In this document: in pieces, positions 15,501 through 28,825 of the stretch
How positions within the stretch are numbered: position 1 is the first letter of the stretch
How the letters are laid out: every line of letters starts with the position of its first letter
Origin: Perna viridis
Taxonomy: Eukaryota
Direction: 5' to 3'
DNA: 64,000 bases
NCBI GenBank assembly: GCA_037379345.1
Contig: CM074515.1
Span: forward strand, 10,292,001-10,356,000
Translations under genes and position numbers: made by a program
The notes under the pieces: model-generated
What the model was told of the DNA's origin: nothing
What the model saw: only the letters and a program-made list of their open reading frames with translations
Databases searched by the model: none

Positions 15501-18500
15501 GAGTTTCTATCTGCTATCATAATTAGTGATACTTCAAAATTATATTCTGAAAGAACAATACATTTTTGTATCTTTGTCTTAGCAACAAACCAAACAAAAT
15601 ATAGATGGAAAGTCAATGGAGTTAAACAAGAGCCAAATGGTTTTACCATTCCCTTAATGAGAGAAATGGCTGTGGAACATAAATATTTTCAGGTCAGAAC
15701 AAGAAAGGTATTCTCTTTACTGTAGTCAGTAGTAGAAACTTACATCAATGGTATATTATCAATGGGCCTTAGAAAAGAAATGGTCTATAAAACAGACCTT
15801 CTATCACATGGGCTAGCTTCAATCTTTTCAAGTAACTGTAGTAACAGAGGAAAGAAAAGTTGGACCTGGAAAGCCATATCTAACGGAAAACAAGGCAGAA
15901 AGTACAAGTAGATCTGACTGAACTTGGTAAAACTATCACTTTTTAAACTGAGAATCCTGTATAAAGAAATAGTGATGACTGAAGGGAAACAGATAGTTAT
16001 TACATTCTGTACTGAGTACGTGTACCATAAGTGTTTACTTTTTAGTCTATTTCAGTATAAATTAGACGGCCTTTAATTCTTCGTCACAACAAACAGTTGA
16101 TTTGAGAAGGAACTGTACACACAAAATAAAATTTGTACTTAACATAGACAAAAAATATTTAGTGTAACAGATGTGCAAATTCATTCTGAAGTTTTACATC
16201 AAAATGGATGTAACACAAAATAAAGAATCAAGAAAATTTTCCAAAAAAGAATGGGGGTACGTTCAACATTACAATCTCAGATATGCAGTAAAATTATGTT
16301 TAGCAGCCACTTATACATAAAACACATATTAATTTTAAATGACTCATACCAAATTTTCAGACAAATAAAACATTATGTGAAAGTAATTTTTGAAACAACC
16401 TTGAACAAACTAAAATGTATTTATTTGATTACACAATTTTACCTACAAAAATCTTTTACAGATCAAAAGTACCTTTCAAATAACTGGAGATTAAAAATAT
16501 AGATTAAACAAGCTACTGGAAATACAAACTATTTATACTAAAAACCTGGATTTGTTTGAAAGATCTAAATGTCACTTGATTATAAAGACCAGTGTTGTCG
16601 AAAGGACTTTGACACTCTTATCATTTTTACACCCATATCTGATAAGGAAACTCTACCCTCATCTTAATTTAGCTACATTAAATGTAGGCAATAAAACAGG
16701 TCTCCAACAATACTGAATACACAATCCTGAAACAAGAAACCAGAAAAGAAAATTCAAAGGGTGGGATACATCATTTGAGAAGTAACTATAAAGTTAAAAT
16801 TTACTGAACTGGATACACAATAAAACTGACTTCTAATTTTCTGGAAGTTTAAAGGAATCTAGGTGTCCTTTAGTATATACATGTTAAAAAATAGTAAGAT
16901 CTGATTGTCTGAATGGTAGTTTCACTTATCCCACACAACCTTTAAAGTCATTCCCTGATAAGTTGAAAGTCAGCCTAAAAGAAAATATACATGTACAAGA
17001 CATATGTACATTGTATATGTAGGATCATCAACCCTAATAAATTAATGGAGCAAACACCTTAATGGGATTGATTTATGATGAAGCTTAAAATGTCTAGTTT
17101 CAAAGGGGATATTTAAATAAACTGGATCAAGAGAGGACTGTCTAACAAAAGTAAATACAGAAATCTCTCTTGATCCCAGTCACTTAAGGTCATACACATA
17201 AGATCCAAAATGTTTCAACTGATTATGATAAATGAGGCTAAACTTTATATGTTTCTAGATACATGTATGTTGCTTTTTTTCTCCTATACTGATTGATCAA
17301 CCAAACAGTTTTTTTCACTGTATAAAAACTGAGGTGGGGACACTATAAACAACAGAATAATATATATAGCCATTCAACACAAATAATACATATGTTACTC
17401 ATTCTGTTTTTTATCTACTTCAAATTTTTATCTATTATGTGCCTACAAATTTTCTAAATTGACATGCAAATGATGCATGCCTATCAGCATATTTCAGTCA
17501 ATAGATCTTCTACACCTTGATATTAAACTCATGGCTACATGACTGAAATGAAGCATAAATGAGTTTCATTTACAGCAGAAATTTCAATACAACTGACTGT
17601 GGGTGGACAGGGTTTCTTTGTTCTGGTACAGAGAACTGATTACAGTCAATGATTAAGGACCATTAGTATTACATAACCAATCGATTGATTCTTTCCATTA
17701 TATTTATCTCTTCCTTTTTTTAACCCCTATTCTAAGCCAAAGCAGTTCAAAAAATCAAATAAAAGTGGGTTAAGGTCTTTTGCACCTTGCCAACATAGGA
17801 ATCTGCATACCACATGAATTTGAATAAATAGTACATTTTTCATCTTTATTCAAAGTTTTTTTTATCATATGCAAGTAAATTGATAAGCTTATTATTATTA
17901 GACAACAGTAAAATTAGATACATGTATTATACATGTACAAGTATGATGTGTTTGACTACAGTATTTTTTTTTCACTTGGCATTCATGTATTATACATGTA
18001 GTATATAGACAATGAACATATACATGTACATGTACACTTTGTACATTATGTACAATTCTACATTTTTAAACTAGTATTGGTACATGAACAACCAGCCAAG
18101 ATAGCAAAAGTTAGAATTAATGTAATGAGAAAAAGGGAATTTTTCTGACCTACAGAAAGTAGATGAAGTAAGTATGTGGCACTCAGGAGATAAGGTGATG
18201 ATTCAACATTACACAGACCTAAGGACAGATGTTGGAGAATGTCTACCAGCTGTGTAACAGACAAGACATGTGTCTTCTACTTCCTCTTCAGCAGCAGCTA
18301 AAACATTCAAGTTTCCATTGGCAACCTTTGTGTTAGGGTTATTAACCCCTTAAACCTGGAATTTTCTGATTTGTTTATTTCATCAATTATACAATATGTC
18401 GAAAAAATATTTTAATCAACTAGATTAACAGCATGACAGAGCTTACAATACAGAAAAAAATTATACAAGAATGGTATGAAGGTATTTTGCTATAGAATTC

Positions 18501-21500
18501 ATGATTGAAACTAATTGTTTTTCAAGCATATATCAGTATAATAGCATGCATGTACATTTTTACACAAAATGTACTTTATACATTGAACTGTGTAGTAAAA
18601 CAAATAAAATATATCAGAAGATTGAAAAAAGTATCCCACTTCCATTAATGGAACACATACAGTACAGACCACAATACACATACATGTATATAGTTTTTTT
18701 ATTTCTGAATAATATTGCTACATCCTAAGTACATGGCAAAGAGGAACTTTAAACCTACAGCACTGCAATAAAGTACACAGACAGTGTATACTGTTCTATC
18801 AGACTACACAATAAAGGAGTGTAATTATATACTACTCAGCCAACTGGATCAATGATCAGATTATAAAAGACCTGCAGGTTTATGTAATGCACTGATTAAA
18901 CATACCCATTTGTCATAGGTGGATTGCCAAAAAAATGAAACATAAAATTCTTTGTATGGTTCAAGCATAATATTTAATACATTGTAACACCAACATGACT
19001 GATTTTAAAAATGCACACTCATGTTTCAATTTTCTAATACATTTACATGTAGGTTGAAGTTATGACATTTATAGACAATCCTTCACCAAAGATCCCAAAG
19101 ATGTGCTCATGCATAACACAAGTACTTGAGATACATGTACATGTAAATATAATATTATACACAGCTACTGGCAAAGCTACTTGTAGGAGTGTCTGGTTAA
19201 CTTGTATTTCAATTCCATAAGAAAAGTACACAGTACTACATGTATGTTGTACATTGTATCTTAAATGAACGTGATAACCCATGTAATCCTAAATGAACTG
19301 TCAATGGTCATTCACATTTCAAAATTTGGGGGTCTACATGTAACAAAGGTTGTACAACGTCCCAAGTAATAAACCTAGCATATTTGTGGGGTCTTATGAT
19401 TTTAGAGTATTGAAAAGTCGTATTAAAGAATACATAAATATCCTAAAGAAAGATACATGTACAGTTGTAAGCCCATGCCACTGGGTTGATGGAAAAATAC
19501 ATGTCCAAGTACATGTAAATTGTCAGTTTTGATGGTAATTGTTGAAGTGAAAATTCTTGTTTTCTATGGGGTTCTCATGGTTCAAAAAGTACAGAAAAGA
19601 CTTCTGATGACTTTTTATAGGTCTGTGGCACAAAGGATCACAGCTAAACTTACCCCTTGATCCTGTCGCCATATCTGCTACTTTTTGGAAAGCATCTAAA
19701 AAGCCACCGATTGCTGCTAATGTAGCTCTGAAAAATAATGACATAACTGGTAACAATGCAATGTAAATACATGTATACATGTACACTCTTCAAGATACCG
19801 GTAAATGTACATGTAGCACAGAGCTGCCAACCCCAAGTTATGAAAAATAGTAAGGCCAGGGGTTTGCTGGAATTATTTTGTAAGGAGCAGATATTTTTGT
19901 TTTATAGAACTTCTACACAAGTTCAACCAAAACCCAGGAATTTCATTTTTGTATTGTAAAATGTACATTACAGGCAAACACCAAAAAGAACAAAGCGAAG
20001 CCAATTTCACTAATTTTAAAACTTGGTCATAACAATGTAAAAAATCCAGATTTTCATTTTTTTAAGCTAGATTTTCTTCCTAATTCTTCTGGCATAATCC
20101 AAAGACTTACAACAAAATAGTTAGGGTTGGCAGTTCTGGTAGTGCACAATGTTCTTAGAGTGCATGCATATAATGCTACATGTATGGACATATCTACTGT
20201 TGTTATCAATCTAATTCAATGATAACTAATCTGCTTTTCTTCAGTCCTGAAACCAACTAGATAGGCTTATAAAATTGACATTTCTTCCAAGCAACTACTC
20301 TGACAAATCATGTGCCAATGATGACGGCCCTTCAATCTACCTGTTGCTAGTACATACTGGAGAAGTCTTTTGAATTATTTCTTATTGATATCTTCAAGAT
20401 TAATGTCACTTAATTCATTCTTGGTTCTAATGATTTCTATTTTAGGATTATAGATTTCCAATTTCTCCATCTGACGAAGTCTAAAATTGCTACAACGTAT
20501 AAGATCCGCAACTGATTGGTAAACAAATAGGTTTTAAAACCGAACCTGATTATACTCTTTTTTTTTTATGATCAAATCAATTTTGTTGAAATTGTGGAAA
20601 CATTGCATGCATCTTTACACTGATAACTGTATTCATACTAGTTGCTATTTAAGGAAACTTTACATTGTTATTGGAAAATGGAATTAGCTTTTCATAAGTG
20701 TGTTCAATGGGGAGTACATTATTGACAGATTGATTTTGTCTGTTTGTTGTTTGCCATTAGCAGAACTTTATTCAAAATGGCATATAAATCAATGTGAAAT
20801 GGAGATGTTAAATATGACTGGTATCCATAAATAGATGTTGGTTTTTCAGCAAACTTCTTAAGTCAAATAATGCTAAATTAAAGGGCCTTATCTAGAGGGA
20901 GATATGAAAAAAAAAAACCTTCTAGTTTATTTTTTGGTTTTATTTTTTATTTTGGTCATTTTACACTTGAAACTTTATAGTTTGCCAGATCACAGGAAAA
21001 GAAACAAGTCCTATTCTTTCATTTACTTATATATGTATATAATAAAACAAGAAACAGTACATTGTAACAGTTTGTTCAACTCACATAAAAACTTAGAGGA
21101 GCATGTTTTACCGATGAAATGAAATTTTCATGTATCTTCAAAATATTCACAAAAATATCCCAAATGCATAGCAATTACATATCTACTTACTTAAGAGAGG
21201 AATGGAGTTTAGCTGCTTTACTTGTAAAGTCTTCCCAAATAACTGAACTACCCTAAAATGGAAAACAAAACAAATTGATCAGTTCTGTCATAGCTTTTTT
21301 TTCGCCTTATACATGTACATTGTGTATATCAGCGAAAGTAAGCAGCCTACATGTAAGGACATTTTGTATAAGGTTTGCTTAAAGAGTGATGGTGTCCATT
21401 TTACATGTAGTGTACATGTAGATCAAAAAGGCATGTACATTGTACAATGTAAGCTTTACAACAGGAAAAGGGTGAGGTTTTATTGACCTACAAGTACATG

Positions 21501-24500
21501 TACACAGGAAGCACTATCAGACACTTCCTTCTACATACTGATAAAAACTCCACAAAAATCTTGTTCTACAAGGTGTTCAAATATTTCACATAACTTAAGT
21601 ATAAAATATATTAATGTGCATCTATTGTACATCAAACAAGACAGAAACTTAATCACACAGTTCAAATAAGTCTACAGTTTTTAACATTAGGGAATAATCA
21701 TTTAATTTAAAGAGCAAGATTTTATCTTTTTTTTTTGTAGTTTCTTTTTGCATTAAAAATTTGAATTAACTTGCTTCAATCCTTTATTAATATTTTTTGT
21801 GTTACCCAAGATTTTTCACCATATATTTTATTCCTCCCTATAAACTGTCATCCTATCTTCTCCAATATAAAATATTATGACTACACCTATCAATGAACTT
21901 AAAAAAAGGGTAGCAGTTTACTACAAATGTACGTATGTACATCCAACCAATGTCAATAAGTATCTTACTGAATGTCACATTTCATGTACAGTAGACTTAA
22001 ATGCATTGCATAAACAAAAAAACATAATGGTACATTTGTGTAAATCCTATGTATTTCTAAACAGATTTGTAATTATTCAAACTAAGTTTGGATCAATAGT
22101 TGAGCAAGTGAACTAATGACCTTTGTTCTTGAATTTAATTACCCTAAGACCACCCATAGAGCTTTACATGACATTTCATTATCAATACAGAGAACTTTCA
22201 GCATCTTAATGTCAGCCCATAGAGACTTACACAGTTACCTGATTATCACCTGCCTGTATCAATACTATCATGAACATATGTACATGTACATGTATTCATA
22301 ATTTGAAGAGTTTAGTTAGAGTGCATGTATTTTTTTTAAATATTATACAAAAGAAAAACAATATCATATCACAAAATTACATAATTCTTTTATCAGTAAA
22401 AGACAAAAAATGTGTATATACAGTTTATACTCAATTCAGGACAGATTACAATCTGTAGTCATGCACATATTGCACATATTACATATTGTACCAAAATTTA
22501 AAAAAAAAAAAATTTAATTTTATATCCATGACTTATTACAGTAATAAATCTTTCGGAACTCAACAGCTGGCATTTGTTTCTCATTCCCTTACAAAATTAA
22601 CTGACAGACATTTTTTTCCCAGGTAAAAGGTTCATCAAGGCACTAAATAACAAATCAATTGCTGAGTCATCTGAGGTCAGGAAGGTCAAGGCATTGCTGC
22701 TTCTATAAATACTTTTTCTTTCAATACCATGAAAAAATTCTACTAAGAATTTCAAAGAGCAGAAACTAGTTTTCTCCTACATGCTGACACATGGTACACA
22801 TAAAAAAAAAATAACGATTACACAAATGTACAATGTACATGTATTATAGTGGAATTTTAGTTTCCTTATTATTATACTTATGTACACTATATGTAATCTA
22901 CATCCAACTATCAGCGGTATCAAATAAAAAACATTTTGTATGTGTAATGTACAGTGTAAAAATTGATGATACTCTAAGCTGGAAATGTCATGTTGATCAT
23001 ATATGCTCTAATATTTCATCAAGATTGTATCTCCTAGCAAAGATTAAGAAATATCTGAACATTGAAACGAGAAAAACTTTCTATAATGGGTACATTCTTC
23101 CACTTATTGACTACTATTGTATTGTATGGAGTGGCTGTGGCTCTGAAGGATTAGACAAAATTCTTGAACTCCAAAAACAGGCTACCCGCCTCATTCTAGA
23201 TGCTGAACCCTTTTCTCCATCAGAACTCTAGTTCAATAAATTAGGAATCATGACAGTAGAAACAAGGATTAAATATCACAAATACCTTTTAATCTATTAA
23301 TCTCTCCATGGGGAAGCACCAAGTTACATATCAGAAAAGTTTAACTATGTTTCAAGAAACAAACCTTATTCACTAAGAAATGCTGAACAAGGAAATTTGA
23401 TAATCCCAAAAATTAAAACTGAACTTTTCAGACATTCATTCATATATTCTGGGTCTGTCTTGTGGAATAAGTTACCCAAACATTAATGTAATCAAGCCAC
23501 TGACAACTCATTCCAATTCAATCTAAAGAAGTACCTTAACACTTTTGAATAGAGTATCTTAAAAGAGAAAATTGTTGCTGCTTACACTGTTTTTTTAATG
23601 TTCTATATTGTATTATCTTAAAGTGATTTGGTATTGTCAAATCAGCTTTTGTTTTTGTGTTGTGTTGTTTATTTCTAAATTCTAGTAGGTATAGTTTTTG
23701 AGTGTGAGGGCCTCGGGGAAGATTAGCTTGTAAACTGTGTAACCCTCTTAAAATAAAGATTTTATTATTATTATTATTATTATTGTACATGTACATTTGA
23801 CACAGTTTTCATTTATTCTTAATGACTCTTTTAACATTACACTGTACAACATGTACATTGTATATGTACATGTAACAATGTACATGTAGTGACCAGATGT
23901 TGATATTTACATGTCATACATGAATGACTCTCTTCAGGGGTGGTTAATCACTTTATCATAATATATTTATGATTGACCAAAGAAATTTGACAAGCTCCAC
24001 CATGATTACAGGAATCAAAGGCCATTTAATATTGATGGCCAATCTCCCCCTGGCCATGATACATGTAGATCATAAACCTTGATAATTATCCAAAAGTTAT
24101 CACAGCTGACCACAGTGTAATTAGACACAAATGGAATGTCAATACAATCTTGACCTGGAAAGTGAAAGAGTTTGTGTCATCTATGCTTACTCAATGTCTT
24201 TATCAGTGCTAAATGACCACTTCCTGCTAAGGTATCCAAAGATGGCAAACAAACTTTTGCGAGCTCCATGAGATTTTGATCAATGTGCTGTTTTGTTACA
24301 GTGTTACGTACATTTTACATGGATTCATGAAAATTGTGTAAATTCATTGAACTATTTCAAATTATATTATTGATACATGTATTGTACATCAATTTCTGAA
24401 ATGCATCAAAATTAGAACACAGTTTTAAATGTATACTACTAGTGTAAATACAATATAAAGTTCAAACAAAAGGTAAATTGTACAATGTACAAAATGTGCA

Positions 24501-25375
24501 TGTACACATAAACAACATACATTTAAAAAAAAACTTTTAGAACATTTTAGAGGTACATTTTTACAAGAGTAATCCATAACTTTGAGAGAATTAACAGCTT
24601 ATCAAACAAGGTTTATTTCAAGGTATAAACTGAATGACTCAGCATCCATCACATGCTATTCAAGTAGTAAAAGATGTGTTTTATAGCTGAATTTTAACCT
24701 CAACATTTCTCCTAGGGTAAACATTGTAACCAAAATTCGTGCTTTGAAATTTTTGAATTATCAAAACATCTTTTTGAAGACCTAAACAAAATAGAAAAGT
24801 ATTACTTTTAAACAAAATAGAAAAAGTATTTCTGCATGGCTGGTTTTGTTAAGATGAAATAATTGAGAAGAATATGATTGAACAGATTATGTGACAAAAG
24901 TTGTGAGTAGGCATAAATTTTGTCAAATACAGTCTAATAATATCATTTATAAATGTATACATTTCCAAAATGTACATTGCATGTAAAATGTACTATGAAT
25001 ATGTTTATTTATCGACAGCAGTTACAAAAGTATGTAATAAAATAATATTTAGGTATTTTGCACCTGTAACAGATGCAGATAATATCAATTTACAAGAATG
25101 TATCAATTTAACTGTCCTGGTGACAAAAATTCAAAAGAGAAATATAGCCTATACGGCTGCTAAATTACCATTCCTGCAATAACCACTGCCTGAAAAAAAA
25201 CACTGTACTTACAAAGAAAACAACCTCCCCCTTAGCCTTATTTACAAAAAAAGATGAAAATTACCGTCTTGTCACTTACCCTCATATCATTAATAATTGT
25301 TTGAAACAAAATCCCTAGAGCACTACAATCTTTATCCATCCCTCCTTCCATTTGTTGTTGACTCACAGAAGACAT
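467..25375 (-). CDS. MTSS1: MTSS1/MIM-like I-BAR (IMD) domain protein, 5' part; join(25280-25375, 21191-21252, 19654-19727, 6106-6190, 1990-2081, 467-541); continues beyond window start
   Basis: The spliced translation MSSVSQQQMEGGMDKDCSALGILFQTIINDMR-GSSVIWEDFTSKAAKLHSSLK-ATLAAIGGFLDAFQKVADMATGSRG-ATKEIGSALTRLCMRHKSIESKLKSLTS-TIMENLVTPIQEKSEDWKKSVAQLDKEHAKE-YKKARQEIKKCATDTMRLQKKVKK matches the MTSS1 IMD domain. All introns are GT-AG with compatible phases. Confidence 0.95.
1990..2081 (-). CDS. MTSS1: MTSS1-like exon 5 (92 bp)
   Basis: TTTCAG acceptor, TIMENLVTPIQEKSEDWKKSVAQLDKEHAK, GTATTT donor. Confidence 0.95.
2860..3248 (+). mobile_element. Shorter member of the same HINE-like family
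   Basis: Same 5' module; terminal hairpin actgca...tgcagt followed by gtataaaaa. Confidence 0.55.
6106..6190 (-). CDS. MTSS1: MTSS1-like exon 4 (85 bp)
   Basis: TTTCAG acceptor, ATKEIGSALTRLCMRHKSIESKLKSLT, GTAATC donor. Confidence 0.95.
7270..8335 (+). mobile_element. HINE-like dispersed repeat; its 5' module recurs at about 2896, 10690, 31500 and 39238
   Basis: Shared block gcagagg..gaaccctgaacagttgg...attcaagcttgatacagctctg; GGAT microsatellite near 8270. Boundaries are approximate. Confidence 0.55.
19654..19727 (-). CDS. MTSS1: MTSS1-like exon 3 (74 bp)
   Basis: TTTCAG acceptor, ATLAAIGGFLDAFQKVADMATGSR, GTAAGT donor. Confidence 0.95.
21191..21252 (-). CDS. MTSS1: MTSS1-like exon 2 (62 bp)
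   Basis: TTTTAG acceptor, GSSVIWEDFTSKAAKLHSSL, GTAAGT donor. Confidence 0.93.
22954..23783 (+). mobile_element. 5'-truncated CR1-group (L2/Crack/Daphne-like) LINE 3' end
   Basis: Post-RT ORF2 remnant (IDDTLSWKCHVDHIC...YILPLIDY.CIVW...LQKQATRLIL) with stops, a 3' GC-rich stem-loop region, AATAAA and a (TTA)n tail. TGTACA flanks both sides (22948-22953, 23784-23789). Confidence 0.88.
25280..25375 (-). CDS. MTSS1: MTSS1-like coding exon 1 (second in-frame ATG at 25351)
   Basis: MSSVSQQQMEGGMDKDCSALGILFQTIINDMR followed by a GTAAGT donor. Confidence 0.9.
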
Positions 25376-25569
25376 CCTATTGTAACACTTCCGATCACAA
25401 CAAAACAAAAATCAATGTGAAACACACTGAATTTAGGATCGAAATTATATACAATCACAAATAAAAATTATTCAAGTAATCCAGATATAAAGGGGATACT
25501 CCATAGTACTGTAATGAACGAAATAATCCTAAATAAAATCCATTTCAAGGGTAGTTTCAATCATTTTGA

Positions 25570-25680
25570 GTAGTTATGTACCAACGTGCTCGCAAAGCGG
25601 ATATTATTTCCGCTCTGTTGTGTGATAGGATCACGTGACTGTGTACAGTACAATCGGTATTGGCCGTACCTCCTTGAAAA
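25570..25680 (-). promoter_or_regulatory. Probable MTSS1 proximal promoter with E-box TCACGTGAC (25631-25639)
   Basis: CpG-enriched patch 200-300 bp upstream of the start codon. Confidence 0.5.
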
Positions 25681-25968
25681 AAAAAAAACATTCAATGAAA
25701 ATGAATTGAAACGAATAATATATTAATTTTAACCATTCTCGTACGATTTTTCTTGTTCCGTGCCTTTTTACTTGGAACATATTCTTCTATCAGACACAAA
25801 TTATTGGATAATGTGGCTATAAATCCACTCCCTACTAGTAATTTCTAAAAAAAAAAAAATGGGTACTCTTCGAGTACGCCCCTACACCGGCAAGTGTAAA
25901 GTAATGTTTTGGTTGTGTGTTCTGTGCTATTTAGGAATTTTAAATTTATATATATATATATATATATA

Positions 25969-26285
25969 CGTGTCAGAATGTGACGACTCTATTCGCTACA
26001 CTGCTCCATCGGATCAAATTGATACAGGGAAGATACATAAACGCATAGAAATGTCTGAAAAATTCCCAACGATGTTAGAACTGTCAAATTTGCGATGCAA
26101 ATTTTCGGTCGCTCCCTCCGTGGGATTCGAACTCGTACCGTTGTGACATCTATGGCAACACCGCCTGCACTAAGTCCAGCGCCCTAGACCACTCGGCCAG
26201 CTAGGCTATATAAAATATAGCTTTCGCTACATGCTAAGTGACAAATCTATTTCTCCATCCTCCTCGTAAGATTAATCTAGGGCTG
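25969..26285 (-). mobile_element. tRNA-Leu-derived Pol III element (SINE-like) inserted in a (TA)n microsatellite
   Basis: A box TGGCCGAGTGG, tRNA-Leu-like TCTAGGGCGCTGGACTTAG and B box GTTCGAATCC (26132-26123). The acceptor stem does not pair. TA runs lie on both flanks. Confidence 0.75.
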
Positions 26286-27154
26286 TATATATATTTGAGC
26301 TGTTGAGTGGGCATAGACTACAGCGATTGATTTTATGATAGTCTGTTATGTTCTTTTATTGGGGGTCACCCTCCTTTTGCTGGAATTTTTTTTTAATTTC
26401 GTGTACATTTTGGACAAAAATGAGCAATGAGTAGCTAGAAACTCCAAATTTCAGTGTCTTTGGATCCACCACTGAAGTGATAAATTAAGACACCAAAAGA
26501 AACGATATATAGGTTAATTTTTATTACACCGGATCCTAATCATGCCCCTCACTTCTAGCAGGTTGACCTCCCCGACAATATGGAAGACTTGAATTCCCAA
26601 CCTTTTCCTTTTTTGATTTGCAATAACTTGTATATTAAAATGTTAATAGGCAAAAAAACTGATAAAAACGTCAAAAATGACACCTTCACGGGCGTGTCGC
26701 CAGGCCGGAGCTCGATAGCCTCAACTTTCACATCGTTTTGCCAAAAAAAAGGAATTGAAATGAAATGAAATAAAGAGAGCTAGGAATGAAAGAAAAGAGG
26801 TGATAATATATAAGAGAAAAGCGCTTGATTTACAATATCCTCATAGAGTAAAAACACGGGTTTATTATGTGAAACTCTGATCCCAATTTTATGAAGGTTA
26901 CATATATACGTCTTTTCAAATACATGTAATGTGAATTTGTCAAAGTTCAAGACAGATCGAGTTTGTCTGAAAAATGGCATACAATGTAAACTGTGTGTGG
27001 ACAAGTTGTCGTTTCAAAAAGGACTTTCACAATAATAATGTTTAACAGAGATGATGGATTTCAGGGTAATAAGTTAACTCATAAAAAGATTGGACCCCTA
27101 ACTGGTCAAATTGCAACGTTATCCATTTGCTAAAAATATATATCACACATAAAT

Positions 27155-27324
27155 CAGGGGCGGATCCAGACACTTTGAAAAGGAAGGATGCTAGCCTGGG
27201 TTCCTCAGAAAAAGGGGTGCAAAGACATTATTTGCCATTTGTTTTGTCAATTTTGACAATGACATTTTTTTTCAATAATAAGGAGGGTTCCAACCTCCTG
27301 CACCCTTCCCTGGATCCGTCACTG
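27155..27324. mobile_element. MITE with CAGGGGCGGATCCAG-type TIRs
   Basis: 13/15 TIR match; related copy at 31708-31857 and a half copy near 26460. Confidence 0.7.
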
Positions 27325-27687
27325 TAAAATACAGATTCAAGGTCATTATAAGAGCTAGAGAACAAAAAAAAACAAAAACAAAAAACAAATAAAAACAATC
27401 AGACTCCATATAAAGAACAACTACAGACTCAGACGTATTATCACAGATACCTATTCAATAGTTAATTGATATCAAGACGTGAATGGGTTTTCAACATTGA
27501 TCTACCCAATCGATGATGATTGCAATGATTACTTCAAAACCGGATATACTATTCTAAATTTAAAGTGTATCAAACTCTTTCGTAAATTTTTGAAGGAATA
27601 TGTTGCAAATTTTTGTTCTTTTCAAAAGCTAAAAAAGTCAGAGACCCGAGCCGACATACATTTATTTCCGAGACCACTGTAAGGAAT

Positions 27688-28216
27688 AAAGAGTAACCAA
27701 GGAAACCACGATTCTATTGGAACTGGCAAGGAATGTAATCCAGGGACAAAGATCAGGCATGGAAAACGACACATGACAAAGAACATAACATAACCAAAAT
27801 ACATATAATACATACAAAGCAACAAAAGTAAATGAGCAACTCAGACTCCACTAAAAGTGGGAACATGGACCAGGTGCATCGGTAGATAGATTAAGCGTCC
27901 CCTGCTTTTCTAGAAACACCTGTCGAGTTGCTTATAAAAAAGTCAAGTCTGGAGTAGACTAATGAAGGGAAACTATGACACCTACACAAATCGGTTTTCA
28001 TTGTGCAGATGGATACACCGTAACGATCCATGAGTTAATGATGACGACCATACAACTTCTGTAGTGACGACTTCAATCTTGTAGCAACATATAATCCGGC
28101 GATAATAAGAAGACAAGCACAGTACAAAAAGTCCGCGTTATTACAGCAAGCTGTGGTATAACGTATGAGTTGTGTTATGAAAACTCCATACACAGATGCT
28201 GAAGAGATTGGAAATT
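27688..28216 (-). mobile_element. Older 3' fragment of the same Penelope-like family
   Basis: Translates to YGVFITQLIRY...[16 protein letters not shown], and its 3'UTR aligns with 60416-60950. Confidence 0.88.
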
Positions 28217-28825
28217 TAATATCATACAAAATATAACATATCAAACTGGGGAGGACGATTTCTTTATTTGAGTTGTTTTGCCCTGATCATGATCACTGCA
28301 GGTATAATTTAAAAAAAAAAAAAAAACACGAATTTTCAACAAAATTATCTCGCAGTGAAGCCCTTTTCAGCATAATTTGCGACTAACTTTTATGGGCCTA
28401 AAACGCTCTAACACCGGGAACTGCCGGGGGCTTCGTTCATTGTCCGCCACTGGGGCCTTGAACGGTCCTTAAGACCCCTTGCCGATTTTGTGTTTCCACT
28501 TCAAAGAAAGTCTGGCTACGAAATCGATAATCTTGAAATTTCATGGGTATATAGATCTCTTCGAGCAAAAGAGCCTAAGATCGGAGACCTGCAGTTAATT
28601 ACAGGTCTATGCTAAGATGTTGTCTGTTATTATTTTTTTTTATACTATTTAAGACCCAAATTCCTAAACTGTTGGAACCTAAACCCCAAAATTCTCAAAA
28701 ACCAAAAACCCTCATTTCCTGGGCAGGGAACCATAGGCCGAGAAATGATGGTTCTAATTTTGTTCAAGAATGACTTTTTCTTATAAGGTAATTAATTAAT
28801 GCAGTATTTCACGTTGAAGATGTTT

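Noticed and set aside
18058-18350. Possible extra MTSS1 coding exon (GC-richer patch, ORF 18058-18264)
   Set aside because: Stops occur in the frames reachable from the nearby acceptor and there is no IMD similarity. Exons 3 and 4 already join in frame. A non-coding alternative first exon is not excluded.
26112-26206. Functional tRNA-Leu gene
   Set aside because: The acceptor and anticodon stems do not pair and the variable region is oversized.
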